Shown one piece after another: positions 18,020-26,623 of a stretch of 32,000 nt of DNA (the first letter of the stretch is position 1; the number at the start of each line of letters is the position of its first letter). Origin of the DNA: Candidatus Baldrarchaeum yapensis. GTDB taxonomy: Archaea; Asgardarchaeota; Baldrarchaeia; Baldrarchaeales; Baldrarchaeaceae. The stretch covers positions 1 to 32,000 of the forward strand of contig JAEOSH010000004.1 in NCBI GenBank assembly GCA_016840465.1. Direction: 5' to 3'. Below the pieces are notes generated by a model. The model was not told the DNA's origin. It worked only from the letters and a program-made list of their open reading frames with translations, and made no database searches. Made by a program: the position numbers and the translations under genes.

Positions 18020-19741
18020 ATGACGGAAGAGCGTCCCTCCTGGGACGAGTATTTCATGGAGATTGCTCATATTGTCAAGAAGAGGTCGACATGCCTCCGC
18101 AGAAAGGTGGGTGCCGTTCTGGTAAAGGATCGGAGGATTCTGGCTACCGGATATAACGGAGCGCCGAAGGGGCTACCACATTGCGCCGAAGTTGGGTGTA
18201 TGCGCATAGAATTGAACATACCATCAGGAGAGAGGCACGAGTTGTGCTTGACTCCGGAAGTGGAGATATTAACGGAGGAAGGGTTCAAGGCGATACGGGA
18301 TGTTATCGCCGGTGAGCGCGTTATGACCCATGAGGGAGTTTTCAGGCCCGTGGAGAAGGTTATAGTGCGTGAATACAACGGCCCGGTCCTTGTCATAAAA
18401 CCTAAAGGTCTTCTTCCGGTGAGGTTAACACCTGAACATCCCGTGCTCGCGATCAGGACTGTTAGACGTGTAAATGACCGAAAGGCGATATGCAAAGAAG
18501 CATGTGTGAATAGGGTTAAGGAGAGATGTAGTAGGCCGTTTCAGGATTATAAGGAGGAATGGGTGCCCGCAGCATGCTTGAACTACGGCGATCTCCTTGT
18601 GTTTTGTTTTGACAATAGAGTTTGCAAGTTAAAGGAACTAGATCTGGCAAAGTATGTGGATCCGCCTCCGGATCTTTACATAAGAGTTCTTAGGGCGAGG
18701 GAGAGCGATCTCTTATATTGCGATATTGACGAAATTTATGGGATGAGCCGTGCGGTTGCGTGGCAATGGATGCACGGAAGCGCCCCAAGAAGTCATATAA
18801 TAGTTAGGAACGGCATGTTGCACATGGAGACTAGCTCCAGTAAGGACATACCGGCGGTTATTGAGGTAAATCCAGATTTGTTGTGGCTATTTGGTATGTA
18901 TTTGGCCGAGGGGTACTCATCTGGGAATCAGGTAGTTTTTTGCCTCAATGTCGAGGAAGGAGAACTTGCTGAGCGAATAGTTTCGATCATGAAGGAGCAT
19001 TTTGGGCTCACTCCGTACAAGCGTGGGAATGGAGCATCATTGCGTATTGTTTATTCATCAAAGATCCTAGCCACCGTATTTGCGAGAATGTTGGGCAGCA
19101 ACTCATATGACATGAGATTGCCTCAAGATTTCATGCTTCTTCCGCCATCACTCCAGTATTATATATTTTCCGGGTGGATTCAGGGCGACGGTCATGAGGA
19201 TGATCATGAAATATGTGCAACAACTACATCGAGGATTCTTGCTTTACAGATGTTCCAAATATGTCTTAGACTCGGAAAGATTCCATCTTTAGACGTTCAG
19301 CCGCCTAGGCCTCGTGTGAGATCCAAGATGTATAGGCTTGTATTGAAGAAGAGACCAAAAGTTGCAACAAGATACTTGCGTGGTAATAAACTCTACACGC
19401 CAGTTTCTCAGATAAGGATTGAGAATTACCACGGAGCCGTTTACAATTTGGAGGTAAGCGAAGCGCACTCTTATACAACTACGTCCTTTGTAGTTCATAA
19501 TTGTCGTGGGGTGCATGCGGAGCAAAATGCAATAATTCAGGCGGCTGTTTTCGGGGTTAGCACAAAGGGGGCCACTCTTTATTGTACCACATTCCCCTGC
19601 GTGATATGCGCGAAGATGATAATAAATGCGGAGATAAAGGAGGTAGTTTATGACGACGATTATGAGGATAAGTTGGCAAAAAAGTTGCTGGAGGAGGCGG
19701 GTATAAAGGTTAGGAGATTTCGGCTACATTCCAAAGATTAA
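18020..19741 (+). CDS. dCMP deaminase (cytidine/deoxycytidylate deaminase family) precursor containing an intein
   Basis: N-extein [27 protein letters not shown]; C-extein [17 protein letters not shown]; ATG at 18020 (ORF track starts at GTG 18011); about 154 aa after splicing. Confidence 0.95.
   Translation: MTEERPSWDEYFMEIAHIVKKRSTCLRRKVGAVLVKDRRILATGYNGAPKGLPHCAEVGCMRIELNIPSGERHELCLTPEVEILTEEGFKAIRDVIAGERVMTHEGVFRPVEKVIVREYNGPVLVIKPKGLLPVRLTPEHPVLAIRTVRRVNDRKAICKEACVNRVKERCSRPFQDYKEEWVPAACLNYGDLLVFCFDNRVCKLKELDLAKYVDPPPDLYIRVLRARESDLLYCDIDEIYGMSRAVAWQWMHGSAPRSHIIVRNGMLHMETSSSKDIPAVIEVNPDLLWLFGMYLAEGYSSGNQVVFCLNVEEGELAERIVSIMKEHFGLTPYKRGNGASLRIVYSSKILATVFARMLGSNSYDMRLPQDFMLLPPSLQYYIFSGWIQGDGHEDDHEICATTTSRILALQMFQICLRLGKIPSLDVQPPRPRVRSKMYRLVLKKRPKVATRYLRGNKLYTPVSQIRIENYHGAVYNLEVSEAHSYTTTSFVVHNCRGVHAEQNAIIQAAVFGVSTKGATLYCTTFPCVICAKMIINAEIKEVVYDDDYEDKLAKKLLEEAGIKVRRFRLHSKD
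18245..19501 (+). mobile_element. Intein (419 aa) with LAGLIDADG homing endonuclease
   Basis: Block [14 protein letters not shown], block B LTPEHP, LAGLIDADG motifs [12 protein letters not shown] and [10 protein letters not shown], block H TTSRILA, block F VYNLEV, block G VVHN followed by +1 Cys. Confidence 0.95.
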
Positions 19742-20117
19742 TTGTCAGATTTGCATAACTGTTATTTAAACGGAAGTTTTATTGCCAATTTTTTATCTAG
19801 TTGCTTTTGTATAGCCACAAGTCGATTACTTTCAATAATCCCTCTCTACGGTTTATTTTTCCAATACGTGAATTTTCTAGGAGATTAAATATTAAAATTG
19901 CAAATTTTTCATCTCGTAGATTAAATATCTTTCTCTAATACAATTAATTGGGGTGCAGGTCAATGGCACCAGGCGTCGGGTGCGACCCGGCTCCCCTATA
20001 ACAATGCACATAAAATACCACGGCATCACAACATATTTTTTATTTTAGGAAAATTAATCGGATTTTGATCTCGTGATCAAATTTAAATTGCTCCCCGTGA
20101 ACTTTTCTCGACGTGCC

Positions 20118-20555
20118 ATGAGCGATGTGGTTGTTGAGAGGTTGATTGCACGCGGTCATCCAAATATAAGGGCGACTCATAGAACCACACTCGAAATTAC
20201 GAAGGAGCGTCACCTGACGCCGCGTGGAGATTGCATAATAGCGGTGGGTGCGACCAAGGGACTTAGGGACTTCAGTGATGAATTTAAGAAACTTGCCAGG
20301 AGATCCGATACGGAAATAATTCTGATAATAGAGGTCGATCGCCTTAGGGATGTTGTGAGGGGGTTTGGCGATCCGAGATTGACGTTCGATCATCCTACCG
20401 ATATCGTCTGCCGGAAAAGTACTTACACTTGTGGCAGGACGCTGATGGTGAGGTGCAACAAGGCGGCCGTTGACATAGACAGGAGAATCGTGGAGCGGAT
20501 GAAAGATCCCTCATCGGTAGTGGAGATCACGATTATCGCGCGAAGCCTCACCTGA
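20118..20555 (+). CDS. DUF371 (MTH639-like) archaeal protein
   Basis: ARGHPNIRATHRTTLEIT..LTPRGDCII, DIVCRKS, NKAAVD; ATG 20118 preferred over 20073. Confidence 0.85.
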   Translation: MSDVVVERLIARGHPNIRATHRTTLEITKERHLTPRGDCIIAVGATKGLRDFSDEFKKLARRSDTEIILIIEVDRLRDVVRGFGDPRLTFDHPTDIVCRKSTYTCGRTLMVRCNKAAVDIDRRIVERMKDPSSVVEITIIARSLT

Positions 20556-21648
20556 TTCTTCCATCAACGACGACCTGCCACTTTCGTGGTGCATACTCTC
20601 TCACAACTCTCGTACTCAGGATTTCCTCTAAGATTCTTCCGCTTCTCTCGACACCTTTTCTCAGAATCTCTACCGCCTCTCCTTTCGGATCCTGGCCGCC
20701 AGTAATCGTGTAAAAGTGGACGATTCCACCCTCGCTTCGCAATCCTATACATGCAACATCGATGAACTGATGAGCGTAAAGAGGCAAATTCATAATCACT
20801 CTCGTGGCCTTCCCTCTAAGCCTGCTCGGAACGATGTCGCGTGCATCTCCGAGTAACGGTATAACTTCTCCCTTAAGCTTGTTTAACTCGATGTTTCTGC
20901 GAAGGCACTCGATAGCGTGGGGATTCTTATCTATCGCAAAGACAGTTGACGCGGTGCGTTTTGCTATGAGAATGGCGAATGGTCCAACCCCCGTGAACAT
21001 GTCGATGACAACCTCATTGTCGGATACTTGAGATGCCACCCTCAAATGTTCAGTCGAAAGCCTAGGACTGAAATACACATTCGCAACGTCGACGTAAAAC
21101 AGGCATCCATGCTCTCTGTGAATCGTCGTAGTTCGCTTATCCCCCGCAATATGTATGAGCTTTCTAACTCTGAACTCCGTATCCACGGGGCCCACCTTCG
21201 CGAAGACCGCCCTCACGTTCTTATGCACCCTCATTATAGCTCTTCCTATCTCCTCACCGTACCTCATGACCTCCTGCGGCACCTCGATGACCGCAATATC
21301 CCCTATTATGTCAAATGACCTACGAACCTCCGCCAGTGCGTCCTCCGGAATTTTCCCGGCCAGAACCTCTTTAATGCTTCGGGGCCCTATTCGAACTTTC
21401 TCGAAATTCTCCACTACGAACGATACATCGGCAATTTCCTTGAGCGTTTGGAGATCCTCCGAAGATGGTTCCCTAGAGAGGGGGAAAACCACATGACTTT
21501 CAGTTCTTTTAACCCTAAGGTTCTTATCCAGCAGACTTCTCTCCAATAAAAATTTTCTAACTTTTTCGGCGGAACTTTTCTGCACTTTAATGCCGATCCT
21601 TTTCTGGAGGACAATGTTGAAATCGGGAGACAATGTCCACACCCACAA
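20548..21648 (-). CDS. trm5: tRNA (guanine-N1)-methyltransferase, Trm5/Met-10+ family
   Basis: SFDIIGDIAV, HREHGC.F.VD, YFSPRL..EHLRV, DMFTGVGPF, VIMNLP; start may be TTG 21633. Confidence 0.9.
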   Translation of the reverse strand: MWVWTLSPDFNIVLQKRIGIKVQKSSAEKVRKFLLERSLLDKNLRVKRTESHVVFPLSREPSSEDLQTLKEIADVSFVVENFEKVRIGPRSIKEVLAGKIPEDALAEVRRSFDIIGDIAVIEVPQEVMRYGEEIGRAIMRVHKNVRAVFAKVGPVDTEFRVRKLIHIAGDKRTTTIHREHGCLFYVDVANVYFSPRLSTEHLRVASQVSDNEVVIDMFTGVGPFAILIAKRTASTVFAIDKNPHAIECLRRNIELNKLKGEVIPLLGDARDIVPSRLRGKATRVIMNLPLYAHQFIDVACIGLRSEGGIVHFYTITGGQDPKGEAVEILRKGVERSGRILEEILSTRVVREYAPRKWQVVVDGRIR

Positions 21649-21739
21649 CCACGTACATTCTCAAAATCGAGATTCTTCAGGTATATGGGTAGGATCAGAA
21701 ATATTTTCGCGAACGTCAGAAATTTTCTCGGGTGATACC

Positions 21740-22891
21740 TTGCGGGCATCTCTATTGCCCCATATTGCCCTACTTTCCATAATTCTGATCACCTATACAA
21801 GTATAACGATCCTATTCCCAGTGATCCCGCTTTATGCATCGTTTCTCGGAGCATCCAAATCGGAAGTTGGACTTATCGTTGGCATCTTCAGTTACGTTGC
21901 GGCGTTGCTCCTAATACCTTTCGGAGCTCTCTCCGACAGATTCAGCCGACCAGCAATATTAATGTTAGGAATCGCCCTCCTCTCATCCGCATATCTCCTT
22001 TACCTCGCCATTGCGTCAACAAGAGATCTGTTTGTCGTTAGGATTGTGCATGGCGCGGTAATTGCCCTCCTTCTACCCACTATAACAGCGCTAATAATAG
22101 ATCTTTCTCCTCACGAGAGGAGGGGCGCGTATGTGGGCGTCATGAGTATGGCTATGCAGGTGGGGTTCGTTTTCGGACCGCTAATCGGCGGAATACTTCT
22201 AAGCGTCTACGGGTATCATGGAACATTCATCGCATGTGCAATGCTCGCAATTGTGTGCGTAGCTCCTTGTGGCATCCTGGTAATGAGAAGGAACTTCGTG
22301 AGCAAGATGAGTGCATACTCCCCTGAGGAGTCATCCTTTTGGAACAGGAAAGTTCTCGCGGCGTTGCTGATACCTGCACTTGCAACATTAACCTCGGGAA
22401 CAATAGTATTCTCGGTGCCCCTTTTCGTCAAAGAAATGGGTATGGGTAGTGTGGAGGCGGGTGTTGCCATTTCCTCTATGTATGTTACATCCGCAGCGAT
22501 GAGGATTCCCGCAGGTGTCTTATCTGACATAAAGGGAAGAGTAAAGGTAATACTGGCCGGAATCTTCATAGAAGGAGTCGCAACTACGATGTACTACTTA
22601 ACGAGCGATTGGGTGGGGGTATTGCTCGTTTCTGCCACCGTGGGCATCGGTATGGGGATGGTAATGCCCGCATCCATCGCAATGCTTGGGGATTTTCTCC
22701 CACATGAGAGGAGGGGTATGGGAATGGGGATGATGAGCGCCTCGATGCAGCTTGGCATAGCGCTGGGCGCTTCCACGATGGGGGTTGTTGCCGAATACCT
22801 GGGATTCCGGCTAATGTACGTCATTTGTGGCACGGTACAGCTGGTACTAGCATCGGCGGTAGCCCTAGCCTTCTTCTTACTACGCTCGTAA
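21740..22891 (+). CDS. MFS transporter (12 TM)
   Basis: Motif A GALSDRFSR and GVLSDIKGR, two repeats with ERRG; TTG 21740 with GGTGA SD preferred over ATG 21590, which would overlap trm5. Confidence 0.9.
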   Translation: MRASLLPHIALLSIILITYTSITILFPVIPLYASFLGASKSEVGLIVGIFSYVAALLLIPFGALSDRFSRPAILMLGIALLSSAYLLYLAIASTRDLFVVRIVHGAVIALLLPTITALIIDLSPHERRGAYVGVMSMAMQVGFVFGPLIGGILLSVYGYHGTFIACAMLAIVCVAPCGILVMRRNFVSKMSAYSPEESSFWNRKVLAALLIPALATLTSGTIVFSVPLFVKEMGMGSVEAGVAISSMYVTSAAMRIPAGVLSDIKGRVKVILAGIFIEGVATTMYYLTSDWVGVLLVSATVGIGMGMVMPASIAMLGDFLPHERRGMGMGMMSASMQLGIALGASTMGVVAEYLGFRLMYVICGTVQLVLASAVALAFFLLRS

Positions 22892-22996
22892 GTGCCGGAC
22901 CATATATGCCGGATTGTTAATTTTAAAAGCAACAACCTAACCTATTTCATGAACGTGTTCCCAGGCGCCCGTTCACGCTTTTAAAACCAATAAAGG

Positions 22997-23917
22997 TTGT
23001 CTCCTATGAGTGGGGTGCAGATATTCCCCGTAATATACCCAATACACATAGTGAGGGCGTGGAGGGTCTTCAATGAAATAGAAGACGGAAAGCCTATGAC
23101 AGAGGCTGTTAGAAAGGTTGCAAGCATCTTTAAAATAAAGGAATCGACTGCAAGGACGTATGTGCGGTCTCTGATCTCCCTGGACCTCGTCGAAAAGAGG
23201 GACGGAAATTTATACAAGAAGTTCTCGCCGAAAAATTATGCGGAGTTCAGAGATCAGGTTGTGCAGAAAGTCTGGAGCAAGGCCGGTGGACTTCTAGAAA
23301 AGGCCATAGAGCATCTAAGAAGGAACGGAGTTTCTCCTTCTCCAGCGGCAATATCCGCGGTACTGTCCTCCTGGGGCTATAGGGTTTCGGAGTGGAGAGT
23401 GCGCAGTGCAATAAGCATGCTTACAAAAGCGGGCCTTGTCATGAGATCGAGAACCTTACATGTGCAGCAACCGCCGAAGACGGAGGATTATCCCACTACT
23501 GTCGCAATAGAGTTGATGAAGGCCATGGGTGGAAAGGCGGTGGCGAGAAGGCTGGCCACCGAGATGATAAAGTGCGGGATGACGAGAGATGAAGTCCTGC
23601 GTGCGATAAATACGTTGCTCGTAAGCGGCAAAATGAAGAATTATGATGTTCCTGATGCTGTTTACACGGCATGCGGAAGGGTTTTGGAGAATAAAGGGCT
23701 GGAGACCCTGTATAAACCCGTACAGGTTACGCGTAAGGAGTTGGAATCGTATCTTGGGGACTTGCCGGATGAGATTAGGAGGGACATTATCCAAAAATTG
23801 CTGGACTTTGGGTCTAGAAGGCCCGATATTGTGCTCATTGTAAAGAAAGGGACCGACTTTGATGTAGTATTCAAAAAACTGTGGGATGAGGATCACAGGT
23901 TTTTCCTAGAAGTATGA
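22997..23917 (+). CDS. Hypothetical protein with about three winged-helix-like repeats
   Basis: ESTARTYVRSLISLDLVE, EWRVRSAISMLTKAGLV, RDEVLRAINTLLVSGKM; probable ATG at 23006 with a TTTTAAAA TATA-like box at 22979-22986. Confidence 0.6.
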   Translation: MSPMSGVQIFPVIYPIHIVRAWRVFNEIEDGKPMTEAVRKVASIFKIKESTARTYVRSLISLDLVEKRDGNLYKKFSPKNYAEFRDQVVQKVWSKAGGLLEKAIEHLRRNGVSPSPAAISAVLSSWGYRVSEWRVRSAISMLTKAGLVMRSRTLHVQQPPKTEDYPTTVAIELMKAMGGKAVARRLATEMIKCGMTRDEVLRAINTLLVSGKMKNYDVPDAVYTACGRVLENKGLETLYKPVQVTRKELESYLGDLPDEIRRDIIQKLLDFGSRRPDIVLIVKKGTDFDVVFKKLWDEDHRFFLEV

Positions 23918-23928
23918 GATGACCGCTA

Positions 23929-24270
23929 TTATGCTTCCTCCATCTGCTCCTCTCCAAAGGTGAGTAGAGAGAAAACTATGTGGTACCCGAGCACTATTTT
24001 CCCCTCACTCAGCAACCTCATTACCTCCTCATCTCTGCTCTCCACAAGTTCACGGAATTCGGACAGAGTATATGGAATTACGTTAAACTTCTGCCTCAGA
24101 CCCTCCGCAACCATCTCTCTCCTTTTATCAAACGATACGTCCTTAAAGGTATCCGATACTATCAGTAGATCCTTCTCTCGTATCACTAAAACCTTAGGGC
24201 TTAATGTCTCCACCATTGTGAGCAATTCGGAAACTTCACGATCGAACATCTGGACCACGCCCATCGACAT
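23929..24270 (-). CDS. Minimal nucleotidyltransferase (MNT)-fold protein lacking the GS..DxD catalytic loop
   Basis: KDLLIVSDTF..KRR..NVIPYTLSEF..LSEGKIV resembles the archaeal MNT C-terminal half. Confidence 0.5.
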   Translation of the reverse strand: MSMGVVQMFDREVSELLTMVETLSPKVLVIREKDLLIVSDTFKDVSFDKRREMVAEGLRQKFNVIPYTLSEFRELVESRDEEVMRLLSEGKIVLGYHIVFSLLTFGEEQMEEA

Positions 24271-24446
24271 ATGCCTCTAGGTCGATTATGCTAATCCTAA
24301 AAAAGAGTTTTCCACAGGGATGTTGCCGGGTGTATCGAACTAACGGAGTGTCGGCATACTGCCCATGAAGGAGAGCAACGTCCTTTCTCAAAAACTATAT
24401 ATCTGCGGGTTCACAACTCTTTTTTTGGCACTCCTCTTAATGGCAT

Positions 24447-25433
24447 ATGGGCCTGCGGAGAGGTGTGCACTCCGTGCCAAAGGTATTCGCCGTTTTCTTA
24501 ATTCACAAAGACGGAACAACCCTGTTTTCGAAAACCTATGTGACCGGATGGAGCGATACCGAACTCGTAACTGGCTACATAACAGCGCTCTCATCGCTCG
24601 CCAGAGAAATTTCGCCAGATAAGAGGGGTGCGCTCAGATCCATTGACGCGGGGGAGGTGAAATTCCTCCTGGAAAGTGGAAGGAACATTCTCGGCGCACT
24701 TGCTGTCGACTTTGAGGATAGATATTCGAGGGATGCGCTTAGGATGATAGTAGACAGGTTTGAGCAAAGATATTCAGCGGAATTGGAAGAGTGGGACGGC
24801 GATTTGTCGAAGTTTGAGGATTTTGAGCAGGATTTGGAGAAGATCTTGCGGATAATTACGATCAGGGAATTTCACATCCCCCACCTCGTTAAGAGGACGG
24901 CATCTGATGTCAAGATCAATAGAGATTACTGGCCGATCGTGAGCGCAATAAACGGCCAGCGGACAATAGAGGAAATTTCGAGGGAGGTGGAGGTCGGACT
25001 GGAAGAGACAATAGAGAGGATAAAGGATCTCATGAGGGATGGCATTGTCACCGTCGACATACTTTATCCGTCGAGATACGCGGCATCGGTCGGAGAGGAA
25101 CTGATCGCGCGTGCCTTTCGGGAACTATCGAAGATCCTCGGGGCCAAAATTGCGAAGAAGTACCTCATACGTAGCATGGGCGCATTTGAGGAATATCTCG
25201 ACATAAGGGACACGGTTGTTAGAATGAAGAACATAGAACTGCTAAGCTGGTCGTACTTACCCGCTGAAATATTCAATATTGCCGTGAATGCGGTGCAGAA
25301 ACTTGCAGACGTGGCCGGGAAAATTATCGGCGCCGTCTCCAGAAGAATTGCCGAGAAGGTTAGAAAATCTGTCTTGGAGGAACATATAAGTGAACTCGGA
25401 AGGTTGCATATCATCGAAAGGGGTGAACTCTGA
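24447..25433 (+). CDS. Longin-like domain + winged-helix protein (Asgard-type)
   Basis: VFLIHKDGTTLFSKTY..LVTGYITALSSLAREI..LRSI..IVDRFEQRY..WDGDLSKF (longin/sigma-adaptin-like), then INGQRTIEEISREV..IKDLMRDGIV (wHTH); start may be GTG 24474. Confidence 0.7.
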   Translation: MGLRRGVHSVPKVFAVFLIHKDGTTLFSKTYVTGWSDTELVTGYITALSSLAREISPDKRGALRSIDAGEVKFLLESGRNILGALAVDFEDRYSRDALRMIVDRFEQRYSAELEEWDGDLSKFEDFEQDLEKILRIITIREFHIPHLVKRTASDVKINRDYWPIVSAINGQRTIEEISREVEVGLEETIERIKDLMRDGIVTVDILYPSRYAASVGEELIARAFRELSKILGAKIAKKYLIRSMGAFEEYLDIRDTVVRMKNIELLSWSYLPAEIFNIAVNAVQKLADVAGKIIGAVSRRIAEKVRKSVLEEHISELGRLHIIERGEL

Positions 25434-25732
25434 TGGAGTTTCCGGTACCATCGACAGATATGCTACTAGACACTATCTTCACAATAATATTTGTGATAAT
25501 TACCATAAGTAGCATCGTTTGCGCGTATACTCTCTCCAAGGGAAAACTCGCAAAATCGTATTATGTTTCGGCAACCGGCGGAATCATCGGACTTCTAAAC
25601 CACTCATTAAGTCTCTCCCGCATCACATTACCGTTTCAGTGGTTTCCCGTGGCTCTTGACATGTTCGCCCTATTGTTGATAGCCGTGGCACTGGCACACA
25701 TGGCATCTACCTATTACTCGGAGTGGAAGTAA
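25433..25732 (+). CDS. Small membrane protein (about 3 TM), translationally coupled to the longin gene
   Basis: TGATG stop/start overlap; three hydrophobic segments. Confidence 0.65.
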   Translation: MEFPVPSTDMLLDTIFTIIFVIITISSIVCAYTLSKGKLAKSYYVSATGGIIGLLNHSLSLSRITLPFQWFPVALDMFALLLIAVALAHMASTYYSEWK

Positions 25733-25734
25733 TG

Positions 25735-26619
25735 TCACCTCCGCTCACCGAGTTTAAGAGCAATGTATCGTGCCACCTCCCGCGCAACATTCAACCCTGT
25801 AGTTTTCTCGAGCCCTTCAAACCCGAAGAACGCATTCCATTCAAGAAGATACACGGAGTTGTCGATGCCCGGAAGCAAATCCAGCCCGTACATGTCAAGT
25901 CCGGTAATTTCAGTAATCATCGGAGCTATTTGTTCCGCAACCCGTACACACTCGAATGCGACCTTACTAACCCTCCCCATTTCCTCTATTTTGAGACCCT
26001 GACCTCCGCAGTGGATGTTATGACGAAAGTCCCGCTCATTATACCTGGCGAAACTTGCTACAACCCTTCCCCCGATAACAATCGATCTTACATCATAATT
26101 GGGATTATGAATGTACTTCTGAAGAAAAATGCATCCATATTTCCGGAGGAGTTCCTCTAACAACTTGGGGGCAAACTCGTTCCATTCTATGAGTTGAACA
26201 CCTAATCCGCGGCCGGATGCCAGAGGCTTAAAAACAACCCTACGGTGCGACTTCAAAAAACTAACCGCCGCGTCGATGTCTCTTGTAACAAGCGTATCCG
26301 GCATCTTAACATGATTCCTCAAATACTTCGACCATAATAGGTAGATACTGGCTTTGTCGGAGTTCTCCACTGCTTCCTTTCTGTTGATAACGTAGACCCC
26401 CTGCCTCTCAAACTCCTCGAGCACACAAAACTGAAAAACCATCGACACCGTGGGATCATACCTGTGCCAAACCACTCGGGGAAGATTCTCACCCTTAAAC
26501 GGTAACGTTATCTCATTCCATGAAAAAATCGAATGCAACACTCCTAACTTTTCCAGTTCCTCGGAAACCCTCTCAACCTCATAGCTTATCTTTCCACATA
26601 ATATCCACACGGATGACAT
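25735..26619 (-). CDS. RimK/LysX/CofF-family ATP-grasp ligase
   Basis: VINR..A..NSDK, MPDT, VVFKP..SGRGLGV, LQKYI, DVR, FRHN..GG, GLDL, LEWN. Confidence 0.88.
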   Translation of the reverse strand: MSSVWILCGKISYEVERVSEELEKLGVLHSIFSWNEITLPFKGENLPRVVWHRYDPTVSMVFQFCVLEEFERQGVYVINRKEAVENSDKASIYLLWSKYLRNHVKMPDTLVTRDIDAAVSFLKSHRRVVFKPLASGRGLGVQLIEWNEFAPKLLEELLRKYGCIFLQKYIHNPNYDVRSIVIGGRVVASFARYNERDFRHNIHCGGQGLKIEEMGRVSKVAFECVRVAEQIAPMITEITGLDMYGLDLLPGIDNSVYLLEWNAFFGFEGLEKTTGLNVAREVARYIALKLGERR

Positions 26620-26623
26620 TCCT

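Noticed and set aside
21590-21739. N-terminal extension of the MFS ORF overlapping trm5 head-to-head
   Set aside because: The extension is hydrophilic and unlike an MFS protein; TTG 21740 with a GGTGA SD gives a normal 383-aa transporter
22921-22986. Inverted repeat TTTTAAAAGC / GCTTTTAAAA with inner TGAACG / CGTTCA
   Set aside because: The arms are mostly the self-complementary TATA-like TTTTAAAA; best explained as promoter elements
23456-23896. Long antisense or alternative-frame ORFs (e.g. 23456-23896, 18067-18495, 8791-9291, 17131-17646, 25723-26160, 29658-30155)
   Set aside because: They lie opposite well-supported genes and show no recognisable motifs; treated as shadow ORFs
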